64,000 bases of DNA from an uncultured Bacillales bacterium (lineage in GTDB: Bacteria; Bacillota_I; Bacilli_A; RFN20; CAG-288): NCBI GenBank assembly GCA_937874465.1, contig CALNAX010000059.1, positions 26,000-89,999 on the forward strand, read 5' to 3'. Under the pieces are notes generated by a model, which saw only the letters and a program-made list of their open reading frames with translations, had not been told where the DNA came from and ran no database searches. Both the position numbers and the translations under genes were made by a program. This document shows positions 7,806 through 15,718 of this stretch, one piece after another. Numbering within the stretch: position 1 is the stretch's first letter; each line of letters opens with the position of its first letter.

Positions 7806-9194
7806 CTATTTCCTTAGCTTTTCGTATGGTAGTATGCGGTTGTCCTTCGTCACCGTATAGACCCTCATGTCGGGGAAATCCTTGTCAAACATGGTATCGT
7901 CGAAAATGACGAATATGTAACCGTATTTAGGCTGAAGGGCGAGGATCAGGGAATAGAGCTCGGTCGTAAGGACGTGCTTGGTATGGAGAGCCGAGCGATC
8001 CACCAGGACCACTTCGGGGGAATAGGCCAGAAGATAGGCGAACAGTATCTTGTAGTGGTAATCATCATTTATGAACTGCCAGATGTAGCGATTCATTATG
8101 TCTTCCGGTTCGTAGACATCCAAATCCCTCAAAAGGGTCAAGGCCCTGGAGTGGGCTTCTTTTTCGCTGCACTCGTTGGTAATCATCAAGATCTTCACAA
8201 GGTTATGGCCAATCGTCTTGTTTGGATCTACCAAGGCCTGCTTGAACTGACCCAGCAATCCGACCTTGAAATTGTTTATGGCCGCGAAAGTCTTCTTGAA
8301 ATGGCCGGGGATCAAGTCGATGCTAGGCCCCTTCCTAAGCCACCGCTTGTTCCGTCTCATGGCTTTCGCCAAAGACCTGTTCCAAGGAGTAACCAGCCTG
8401 ACCAAGGGGGAGCGCATCTGGAAGAAGAAGTCCTTCCAACTATCCCTGGTATCCAATGCCCTGGTCTTGGCCCAATACAGCCTCTTCAGATCCGGAGTCT
8501 GGAAATAGCGATATTCACGTTGCTCCTGGGTGCTGAAAATAGAGAGGTAGGGTTCGTTCTTCCGCTCTTGGTCAGCACACTTGCGATCCCAATCCCCCTT
8601 CAGACGCAAGAATTCCTGGCCCTGGGCGTCCTTGGTGGCAAAGAACTGCTTCTTGGCCTGGGCAAGCCTTTGATCCATCGCGGCCTGTTGCTGCGCCAAG
8701 GAATCCAGCCGCTCTTGAAGACGATTGCCGTTTCCCGCCCTTCCGCCCTTTAGGCCATAGGTTTTCTCGGCTCTTTCCACCGCCTTCCCATAATCATTCT
8801 CGCTTATCATCTTCTGAAGTTTGGAGAGGATGACCTGATGATGCCTCAGCAGATCGGTCATGGCCTTGGTCTCCTGGGCCTTGAGGCTCCTGGCCCTGAA
8901 GCGCTTCATTATGTGATCGTATTTTATTCGGCAGGTATAGCGCCAGTTAAGGTAGTAGGGATCGACCAGGGGCTTGCCGGTGATGACGACATTGTTGATA
9001 AGGGCGTGCTTGATTTTACGGCGGAAGCCCTTGAACGAAGGCGCATATTCGTGGACGTTGAAATGGGATTGGTAATAGAAGCAATAGACAGGTCCGGGAA
9101 CCAGGACAATGTCGCCGTCTTCGGTGCTGATGGTTATCTGAGGGCTGGGACGTCCCTGCTTAGCCCCAGTGTTGCGTGTATCCTCTTTTTCCAT
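7806..9194 (-). CDS. Hypothetical 462-aa protein; likely a degenerate (non-catalytic) Opp/Dpp-type ABC ATPase fold with a charged insertion of about 200 aa
   Basis: ATG at 9194 with GAGGA upstream. The C-terminal 160 aa are collinear with the Q-loop-to-end region of oligopeptide ABC ATPases, but the signature, Walker B and H-loop are replaced by FINDD, VVLVDRSA and IFDD. The Walker A position reads GDIVLVPGPVYCF. Confidence 0.4.
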   Translation of the reverse strand: MEKEDTRNTGAKQGRPSPQITISTEDGDIVLVPGPVYCFYYQSHFNVHEYAPSFKGFRRKIKHALINNVVITGKPLVDPYYLNWRYTCRIKYDHIMKRFRARSLKAQETKAMTDLLRHHQVILSKLQKMISENDYGKAVERAEKTYGLKGGRAGNGNRLQERLDSLAQQQAAMDQRLAQAKKQFFATKDAQGQEFLRLKGDWDRKCADQERKNEPYLSIFSTQEQREYRYFQTPDLKRLYWAKTRALDTRDSWKDFFFQMRSPLVRLVTPWNRSLAKAMRRNKRWLRKGPSIDLIPGHFKKTFAAINNFKVGLLGQFKQALVDPNKTIGHNLVKILMITNECSEKEAHSRALTLLRDLDVYEPEDIMNRYIWQFINDDYHYKILFAYLLAYSPEVVLVDRSALHTKHVLTTELYSLILALQPKYGYIFVIFDDTMFDKDFPDMRVYTVTKDNRILPYEKLRK

Positions 9195-9288
9195 TGTTTT
9201 CCTCGTTTTTGCTGCATAAGATCACAAACGTCTCGGGCATTAGACTAAACTATTTTATAATTACCCAAGTGATAGAGGGAATATATAG

Positions 9289-10026
9289 ATGAGCAAAGCA
9301 TCCTTCGTATTGTTTGATTGCTGGGATACGGTCATAACATATCGCGTTTCGAATCCTCAATGGATGGCTGAACGTCTTTTGGACAATTGCGACAATACCG
9401 AAAATCGCTCGGCCCAGGAGATAACCGAATTTTTCTTCAACCTGATGGATGAATATTACCGTACCATGAACGACTTCGATTCTTCCATCGGTCCCCTGTT
9501 GAATTACCTTTGCATCGCCATGGGCCTCAAGCCGAAGATGTCTATCGACAGGCTCCAAAGCGAAGTGCTCGAAGGCCAATACGAGCCTGAGCCTTTGCCG
9601 GGCCTCAAGGACATAATGGATTTCCTCGACCGCCATGGCATCGGCTATGCCGTTGCCTCCAATACCGTTTACGGTGCCCAAGGTACCAAGGCCCATATAG
9701 ATGGCTGCTATCCAAACAACCACTTGGCCTTCGTGATGGCCTCCAGTGAGGTGGCGGTAAAGAAGCCCAATCCCCGTTTCTTCCAAACCGCAGCCAAGAT
9801 CGCAGGCAAGAAACCGGCCGATTGCATCTACATCGGTGATAACTTCTTTGCCGATGTCTTCGGCTCCCAAAGGTCGGGGTTCCATGCCTCAGTATGGTAC
9901 AACCGCCGCGATGAATATCCTCCCTTTGAATATCACCATGAGATTCCCACCACTCTCAAGTATTACGAAATCCATGAATACCATGAACTTTTGCCGATAT
10001 TGGAAAAGGAGCTGGCAATAAAATGA
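9289..10026 (+). CDS. HAD-superfamily hydrolase (245 aa)
   Basis: The four HAD motifs are present: FDCWDTV (DxDxT), ASNT, KKPNPRFF and IGDNFFADV. Confidence 0.85.
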   Translation: MSKASFVLFDCWDTVITYRVSNPQWMAERLLDNCDNTENRSAQEITEFFFNLMDEYYRTMNDFDSSIGPLLNYLCIAMGLKPKMSIDRLQSEVLEGQYEPEPLPGLKDIMDFLDRHGIGYAVASNTVYGAQGTKAHIDGCYPNNHLAFVMASSEVAVKKPNPRFFQTAAKIAGKKPADCIYIGDNFFADVFGSQRSGFHASVWYNRRDEYPPFEYHHEIPTTLKYYEIHEYHELLPILEKELAIK

Positions 10027-10772
10027 GCGGCAACCAGGTATTTGCGGAAGAACATTCGCTGGAGTATTCCGATTACGACATCCATGATTTCGTCTTTCCT
10101 TCCTCATTCTTGGAGATGTTCCAGGACATCGCCGGGAACCACAGCGAAAGGCTGGGCTGCGGTTATGAGACCATGAAGGCCAAAGACCTGATGTGGATCT
10201 TGGCACGCAACAGGTTGGATATACTGGGCAATCCCAAGGTAGCGGAGAAACTGAAGGTTACGACCATCGTGAAAAGGCCGATCGGCCTCCAGTTCGAGCG
10301 TGAGCTTGCGATAGAGGGAACAAAAAGCGGAGAGCTCTATGTCACGGGGCTTTCCGTTTGGGTCGTCTCTAATCTCAAGACCCGTCGCTTGGTGCGGCCA
10401 GCGGGCATCGCCTATCCCGATTCCTTCCCCTATAAGGAAACAAGATACCAAAAAGGCCTTCTCGCATTGCCAGAATTGGATAATGGCGGAATGAAGCCCT
10501 ATGAATACAAGGTCGGATTCTCGGACCTGGATCATAACCGCCATATGAACAATTGCCGTTATGCCACTGCGCTTCTGGACGCTATATCCCCCAAGGAGGG
10601 TCAACGCCTCTCCTTCCTGGAGATCGACTACGAAAAAGAAGTCCTCGAGGGAGACACCCTTTCGATTTTCTTGGGCAAACAGGACGATGGCTCTTATCTA
10701 GCCAAGGCTTTGAGAAGCGATGGCAAGGTTTCCTTCAAGGCTTCCTTCGGCCTCACACAGGATCGGGGTTAA
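10023..10772 (+). CDS. Acyl-ACP thioesterase family protein (249 aa)
   Basis: The double hot-dog length fits, and the DLDHNRHMNNCRYA motif is typical of the bacterial FatA/B-like thioesterase family. An ATGA overlap joins it to the HAD gene. Confidence 0.75.
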   Translation: MSGNQVFAEEHSLEYSDYDIHDFVFPSSFLEMFQDIAGNHSERLGCGYETMKAKDLMWILARNRLDILGNPKVAEKLKVTTIVKRPIGLQFERELAIEGTKSGELYVTGLSVWVVSNLKTRRLVRPAGIAYPDSFPYKETRYQKGLLALPELDNGGMKPYEYKVGFSDLDHNRHMNNCRYATALLDAISPKEGQRLSFLEIDYEKEVLEGDTLSIFLGKQDDGSYLAKALRSDGKVSFKASFGLTQDRG

Positions 10773-10786
10773 AGGAAGGGTCGAGC

Positions 10787-11401
10787 CTATACATCCATGC
10801 CACGGTGAGGGCCAAGTACTTTAGGGTGGGCAACGGCATGCATTTGAGCGACCCTGACCGCCGCCACTGCGGCCAAAGCCCCGACGATATCGTCAAGGAA
10901 GCAGTTGTCATGGGTCTTGCTATCGTTAAGTTCGGAGATCTTACCCGGCTTTGTCACGTCAAGATGTCCGAAATTCGTTATTCCGATGGTGCCATAATTC
11001 CCGGATATGCCGATGGCGATGCATTCATCGAGCCCGAACAAGCCCAGGTCATGGTTGAGGATTGACCGCAGCGGTTCCATGATCACGTTCTTCTCAGCCA
11101 AAAAGTCAAGGTTGACGGCCAAAAGAATCGCGTGGAACTGTTCGCGTTTGGAAAGGATTTCCAGCACGGAGTCCTGCATCTCGCTCAACTTGAGATCTGG
11201 AAGATATTTCCTTTGGTTTTCGTATGCCAATTCGGCGATGTCCTCCACCGTGACGCCTCTCTCCTTAAGAACCGCGATGTTTATCTTTCGCATCTCTTCG
11301 GGCGTATAGATGTCAGAAGGATGCGGCTTGAATCCCTTCAAGCATTCGAGGCAGGGTGGTTCAAACTCCTTTGGACTGTCGCCTTTTCCGTCTTTATCCA
11401 T
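10787..11401 (-). CDS. PgpA/YutG-like phosphatidylglycerophosphatase A family protein (204 aa)
   Basis: The stretch VEDIAELAYENQRKYLPDLKLSE...SKREQFHAILLAV...FLDDIVGALAAVAA closely recalls Bacillus YutG. Confidence 0.65.
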   Translation of the reverse strand: MDKDGKGDSPKEFEPPCLECLKGFKPHPSDIYTPEEMRKINIAVLKERGVTVEDIAELAYENQRKYLPDLKLSEMQDSVLEILSKREQFHAILLAVNLDFLAEKNVIMEPLRSILNHDLGLFGLDECIAIGISGNYGTIGITNFGHLDVTKPGKISELNDSKTHDNCFLDDIVGALAAVAAVRVAQMHAVAHPKVLGPHRGMDV

Positions 11402-11466
11402 TTAACAATAAAGGCCTCCGTTCCAATTATATGTTTCTGACATTGCCCTTGCAACCTTTGGCCTTT

Positions 11467-12108
11467 CTAAAGGTTGCTTATATGACTATGTATGTTCATT
11501 CCCAAATTTTCCATAAGCACTATACCCGTTGCACTTTTGGCTCCACCCTCCAGTGCCAGGTCCAGGCAGGCTTCGATCGTGGCACCAGTAGTCATGACAT
11601 CATCGAAAACGAGGACTTTCTTTCCCGCCAAAGGAGCCGGACCTCGCAGCGAGATCCTTTCCCGTACCTTCATCCTTTCGCCATAAGCCAGATTCTTTTG
11701 GGACGGCCCATCGTCCTTAGCGAAGGGTTTCACGGCTTTTATGCCGACATAGCCAAGCATCTCTTCCAAATGGTCGAATCCCCTGTCCCTATATGCCTGG
11801 CCCGTGGTAGGTACCAATGCGAAAACCCACTTCTTGGCCAATAGGCGCAAAGTCCATCCAAAAGGGTACAAGAATACGCTTCGCATCTCGAAGTCGTTAA
11901 GGGTCTTGTAGCGAAAAAGCCAGTCTTTTACGGGAGAAGCATATTCGAATAGCGAATATATCTTGTGCTTCCCCTGAGTGGAGAACCTCATCAGTCTCCT
12001 TTCGCTCCCCAGGCATCTGTCGCAGAGGATGGGTTTAGGGGACAGCCAAGTTATAAGGCTCTTGTCCTGAATGTCAGCAAAGCAGCTTTTGCATACGGGC
12101 TTTTTCAT
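11467..12108 (-). CDS. comFC: ComFC-type phosphoribosyltransferase-domain competence protein (213 aa)
   Basis: Cys pairs CKSC...CDRC and the PRPP-binding loop VLVFDDVMTTGAT are present. I use the internal ATG at 12108 (MKKPVCKSCF); the ORF-track start at 12261 would overlap comFA by 188 nt. Confidence 0.8.
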   Translation of the reverse strand: MKKPVCKSCFADIQDKSLITWLSPKPILCDRCLGSERRLMRFSTQGKHKIYSLFEYASPVKDWLFRYKTLNDFEMRSVFLYPFGWTLRLLAKKWVFALVPTTGQAYRDRGFDHLEEMLGYVGIKAVKPFAKDDGPSQKNLAYGERMKVRERISLRGPAPLAGKKVLVFDDVMTTGATIEACLDLALEGGAKSATGIVLMENLGMNIHSHISNL

Positions 12109-13240
12109 TGGCTTGCTCAATGATGCTGATAGCCCTTGAAATCTTGCCTTCTTTCCTGTTTCCATAGAACAAGACCTTTCCATTCTCAAAGCCACGGATC
12201 CTACCGGCCCTACCGGCGATCTGAACCAAGGCCTCGGGCGAGTAAATCTCGTTGTCTGCATTGAAGACCAGGACTTGGAGGTCGGCTACGGTGACACCTC
12301 TCTCCAACACGGCCGTGGTGACAAGGTAGCGGAGATGACCGGATTTGAAAGCACTGATCTTCTCTTCCCGGTATTCGTCTTCCGAATTGACGCTTTCGCC
12401 TTTTGGGACAAGATGCTTTACCAAATTGAACATCCTTTTCGACTCAAAAATAGTTGGCACAAAAAGGAAGACCTGTCTTCCCTCCTTCACCATCTTCTTA
12501 AGCTCAAGGACCATGTTGGCAAATCCCAATACCCCTGCTTTCCTGTATTCGGGGACCGGAAGAGGTTTTCCGTGGAAGCGGCTGTTTAGCTCTATGACCC
12601 TTCCACCTCTCTTTGAGATCTCGTCGAGGTCTTCGCCTGATGGCGTTGCCGATAGCAAGACATAGGTGCCCCTAACCGCTTTCCTGAACATGTTCTTCAA
12701 AAGCTCGTTGTCATGGTAGGGAAAGGCGTCGATTTCGTCGAACACGACCAAGTCGAAATAGTTCGGGTAGCGATAAAGCTGATGGGCGGTCAAGACGACG
12801 ACATCGCCGGTGAGGTCATCGGTATGGCCATGGCAGACCATCGCGATTTTGGCATGCGGAAAGGCCTTCTTTATTCTTGGCCCTATTTCGAGGACAACGT
12901 CATGCCTAGGCGTTGCGAACGCCACCTTGAGCTTCCTTTGAAGGAACCATTCCATCGTGGCGAAGACCAATTCCGTCTTCCCCGCACCCGTGACGGCCTT
13001 TATCAGGACCGGCTTCTTTATCTTGGCGCACTCCAGCACCTGGTCCGAAACCTTTCTTTGTGGTTCGGTCAAGGAATAGGGAAGTTCCAATGGAACAGGT
13101 GGCCCTTCGCGCTCATAGGGCTCGGCCTTGGCCCCGCTGAATTCAAGGCATTTTCGGCAATACGTCTCCCCTTTCTTTCCCAAGCCCAGGAAACGGACAT
13201 TGTCGTTCCCGCATCTTTGGCACACAAACCCTCTTCCCAT
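12074..13240 (-). CDS. comFA: ComFA-type DEAD/DEAH-box helicase (388 aa)
   Basis: There is an N-terminal Zn-ribbon CQRCG...CRKC, a Walker A AVTGAGKT, VVFDEID, and the helicase C motif QIAGRAGR. The ATG at 13240 has GGAGG 8 nt upstream; the ORF-track start at 13411 overlaps the permease. Confidence 0.85.
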   Translation of the reverse strand: MGRGFVCQRCGNDNVRFLGLGKKGETYCRKCLEFSGAKAEPYEREGPPVPLELPYSLTEPQRKVSDQVLECAKIKKPVLIKAVTGAGKTELVFATMEWFLQRKLKVAFATPRHDVVLEIGPRIKKAFPHAKIAMVCHGHTDDLTGDVVVLTAHQLYRYPNYFDLVVFDEIDAFPYHDNELLKNMFRKAVRGTYVLLSATPSGEDLDEISKRGGRVIELNSRFHGKPLPVPEYRKAGVLGFANMVLELKKMVKEGRQVFLFVPTIFESKRMFNLVKHLVPKGESVNSEDEYREEKISAFKSGHLRYLVTTAVLERGVTVADLQVLVFNADNEIYSPEALVQIAGRAGRIRGFENGKVLFYGNRKEGKISRAISIIEQANEKARMQKLLC

Positions 13241-13288
13241 CCTATTGGCCTCCGATATATTTATGGACAGTAAAGGGATTATTGCAGC

Positions 13289-13315
13289 AAAAAAGGGGTA
13301 GCCTTGGGCCACCCC
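13289..13315 (-). terminator. Rho-independent terminator after the NCS2 permease
   Basis: Minus strand GGGGTGGCC-CAA-GGCTACCCC (9 bp including one G-U pair) followed by TTTTTTG. Confidence 0.75.
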
Positions 13316-13341
13316 TATCACGCGATTCCTTTTTTGATGTC

Positions 13342-14910
13342 TCAAGCCGCAGAAGTCATGGAGTCCAGGATTGGCATCACGATGAAGTAAGCGAGGAACA
13401 GGGCCGCACATACCTCAAGTATGACCGAGACATTCCATGTCGCCTTTGCCAAAGTCTTAATCGTGCCAGACCCATCGACATAGGTCAAGGTCTTGTCAGA
13501 ACCAACGCTGGTCTTGTATTTGGCCACGTTGCTGGCCACGTAGGCATACTTGACCTTGGAAGATAGATAGACGATTCCCTCAATCAGCACATAGCTTATG
13601 AAGCCATAGGCCATACCGTCGGAGATGCTGTAGGAGAAGGCCATGAAGATACCCGCAAACATCGCTGGTATGGCGGCTTCCAGCTTGTTCCACTCAATGT
13701 CCTTGAAGGAACTAAGCATCATACAGCCAACCAGGATCAAGACCGGCGCGGTGGCCGCAAAGGGTATAGCGGTTATGGGGCCAACCAAGAAGACTGACAA
13801 AGCGAAGCAAATAGCGGTGACAACCGAAGCCAAACCGGTCTTGGCCCCCTCGCCGATTCCGGCAGCGGACTCCACGAAGGTGGTGGTGTTGGAAGTGCCC
13901 AATATGGCGCCGATCGAAGTGGCGATGGAATCAGCGAACAAAGCCTTGTCCATACGAGAATGGAAACCGGAGGAATTCTCCAGTGCCTTCATGTCGTCAT
14001 CGGTGAAGATTCCCGTCTTCCTTCCTGTCCCGATGAAGGTTCCGATGGTATCGAAAGTATCGGACATCGAGAAGGCGAAGATGGCCATAAGCACTTCCGG
14101 AATCTTGGCGGCGTTGCCGAACAGACTTCCGAAACCGGCTTGGGTGAATATGACGCCAAAGGTCTCGGGGAACTCTTGGAAGGCCTCCACGAAGCTTACG
14201 CTATTGGCCTCGAAATCGGTCACCGAGGCCTGACCGCCGAAGGGGATGAGACCAAACAGGGTGGTGACGATGATGGTGATGATCATGGCACCGGGGACTT
14301 TCAAGACATTCAGGACTATGCCAAGGACCAAGCCGAAGACGAATACGCCAAGAGTTGCGGTGCTTACGTCCGACAGAGCAGGGACACCCGACGAGAAGTT
14401 TATGAAGCCAACATTGACCAAACCCAAGAAAATCAAGAAAACGCCTATGCCACCACCTATGGCATTCTGCAGGGATTCGGGTATGGCCTTTATCAGCATC
14501 TTCCTGACCTTGGTCACGGTCACGAGGATGTTGATCAGGCCGCAGATGAATACCATGGTCAGCGCTTCCTGCCAAGTGAAGCCCAGGGCATCGACGACAG
14601 TGTAGGTGAAGAAGGCATTGAGACCCATTCCGGGGGCGAGGGCATAAGGGACGTTGGCGAACAAGCCCATGAACAAGGTGCCGATCATGGCCGCAAAGGC
14701 GGTGGCTATCACCACGGCGCCGGCAGGCATACCTGCTCCGGAGAGTATGCTCGAGTTTACGGCCAGGATGTAGGCCATGGCGAAGAAGGTGGTAAGGCCG
14801 CCCAAGACTTCCTTAGACCAGTTGGTGTTATGGCCCTTGAGGTCGAAGAACGGCTTACGCCCCTTATTGACGACGTTGCTGCTTGACTCACTCGTCTCAG
14901 GTGAACCCAT
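13342..14910 (-). CDS. NCS2/AzgA-like purine (adenine/guanine/hypoxanthine) permease (522 aa) with a C-terminal extension
   Basis: The N-terminus FFDLKGHNTNWSKEVLGGLTTFFAMAYILAVN is typical of the AzgA family, and the protein is polytopic throughout. The ATG at 14910 is preceded by AGGAGG. Confidence 0.85.
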   Translation of the reverse strand: MGSPETSESSSNVVNKGRKPFFDLKGHNTNWSKEVLGGLTTFFAMAYILAVNSSILSGAGMPAGAVVIATAFAAMIGTLFMGLFANVPYALAPGMGLNAFFTYTVVDALGFTWQEALTMVFICGLINILVTVTKVRKMLIKAIPESLQNAIGGGIGVFLIFLGLVNVGFINFSSGVPALSDVSTATLGVFVFGLVLGIVLNVLKVPGAMIITIIVTTLFGLIPFGGQASVTDFEANSVSFVEAFQEFPETFGVIFTQAGFGSLFGNAAKIPEVLMAIFAFSMSDTFDTIGTFIGTGRKTGIFTDDDMKALENSSGFHSRMDKALFADSIATSIGAILGTSNTTTFVESAAGIGEGAKTGLASVVTAICFALSVFLVGPITAIPFAATAPVLILVGCMMLSSFKDIEWNKLEAAIPAMFAGIFMAFSYSISDGMAYGFISYVLIEGIVYLSSKVKYAYVASNVAKYKTSVGSDKTLTYVDGSGTIKTLAKATWNVSVILEVCAALFLAYFIVMPILDSMTSAA

Positions 14911-15037
14911 GCTTTTTCCTCCTCTATTGGAAATGGGCCGTCTGGCGAAAAGGGAGAACACATTCCAAAGGTTAGACTTTGGTTAGGTCCATTTAAACCC
15001 AGTGCAAAGGTGTGGCAAACGCTTTCAACTTCTCGAC

Positions 15038-15065
15038 AAAAAAATCCGTGCCGAACGGGCACGGA
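15038..15065 (-). terminator. Rho-independent terminator after lemA
   Basis: Minus strand TCCGTGCC-cgttc-GGCACGGA (8 bp) followed by TTTTTTT. Confidence 0.8.
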
Positions 15066-15084
15066 CTTTCGAAACGACGATTCT

Positions 15085-15681
15085 TTAGAATTCCATCTTG
15101 ACGTCTTGGCGCTTGGCTTCCTCCGCCTGGAAGAACTTGCGGGGCTGAAGCTTAAGCGAATGGGCGACAAGACTCCTGGGGAAGGTTACGAGATTCTGGT
15201 TGAAGATCGAGACATTGGAGTTGTAGAGCCGACGGGAAGCCTGAAGATGTTCCTCGGTGTCCGCGGCAGTGGCCTGCAAGGAAAGGAAGTTCTGGTTAGC
15301 CTTCAGATCAGGGTAGCGCTCGACCACCAAGTTGATCTTGCTGGCCAGTTCGTCCAGCTTGTTGTTGTATTTGGCCATCTCCTCGGCATCGCCTGCCTTA
15401 TAACCCGTACGGGCCTCCACGACCCCGACAAGGGTCTCGCTCTCGTGCTTGGCATAGCCCTTTACTATCCCCAACTCCTTGGTCAAGAGGTCGTACCTCT
15501 TGGTCAGGGCGACATCGATGTCGCTGGCGGACTCGTCGATCTTCACCGCCTGGGACTTCAAGGAGTTTCCGGTGGAAATCCACCAACCGATTATGGATAT
15601 TATGATGATTACCAAAACGACCGCCACCACTATTCCCACCACTGCTCCCACAGAGATCAACGCGGGCATTGTTTTTATCAT
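15085..15681 (-). CDS. lemA: LemA family membrane protein (198 aa)
   Basis: There is an N-terminal TM helix and LemA-like motifs (RYDL, YPDLKANQNF, RRLYN). The ATG at 15681 is preceded by AAGGAGG; the ORF-track start at 15699 is TTG. Confidence 0.85.
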   Translation of the reverse strand: MIKTMPALISVGAVVGIVVAVVLVIIIISIIGWWISTGNSLKSQAVKIDESASDIDVALTKRYDLLTKELGIVKGYAKHESETLVGVVEARTGYKAGDAEEMAKYNNKLDELASKINLVVERYPDLKANQNFLSLQATAADTEEHLQASRRLYNSNVSIFNQNLVTFPRSLVAHSLKLQPRKFFQAEEAKRQDVKMEF

Positions 15682-15718
15682 ATCGCCCTCCTTTGCCAAT
15701 TATTCTAGCATTTCCGAA

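Noticed and set aside
14911-15037. A possible purine riboswitch upstream of the NCS2 purine permease.
   Set aside because: The leader lacks the conserved purine-riboswitch junction and loop sequences (UAUAAU...GGAU/ACCG...CCGUAAAU-type core). Only a weak promoter-like site and the RBS are visible.
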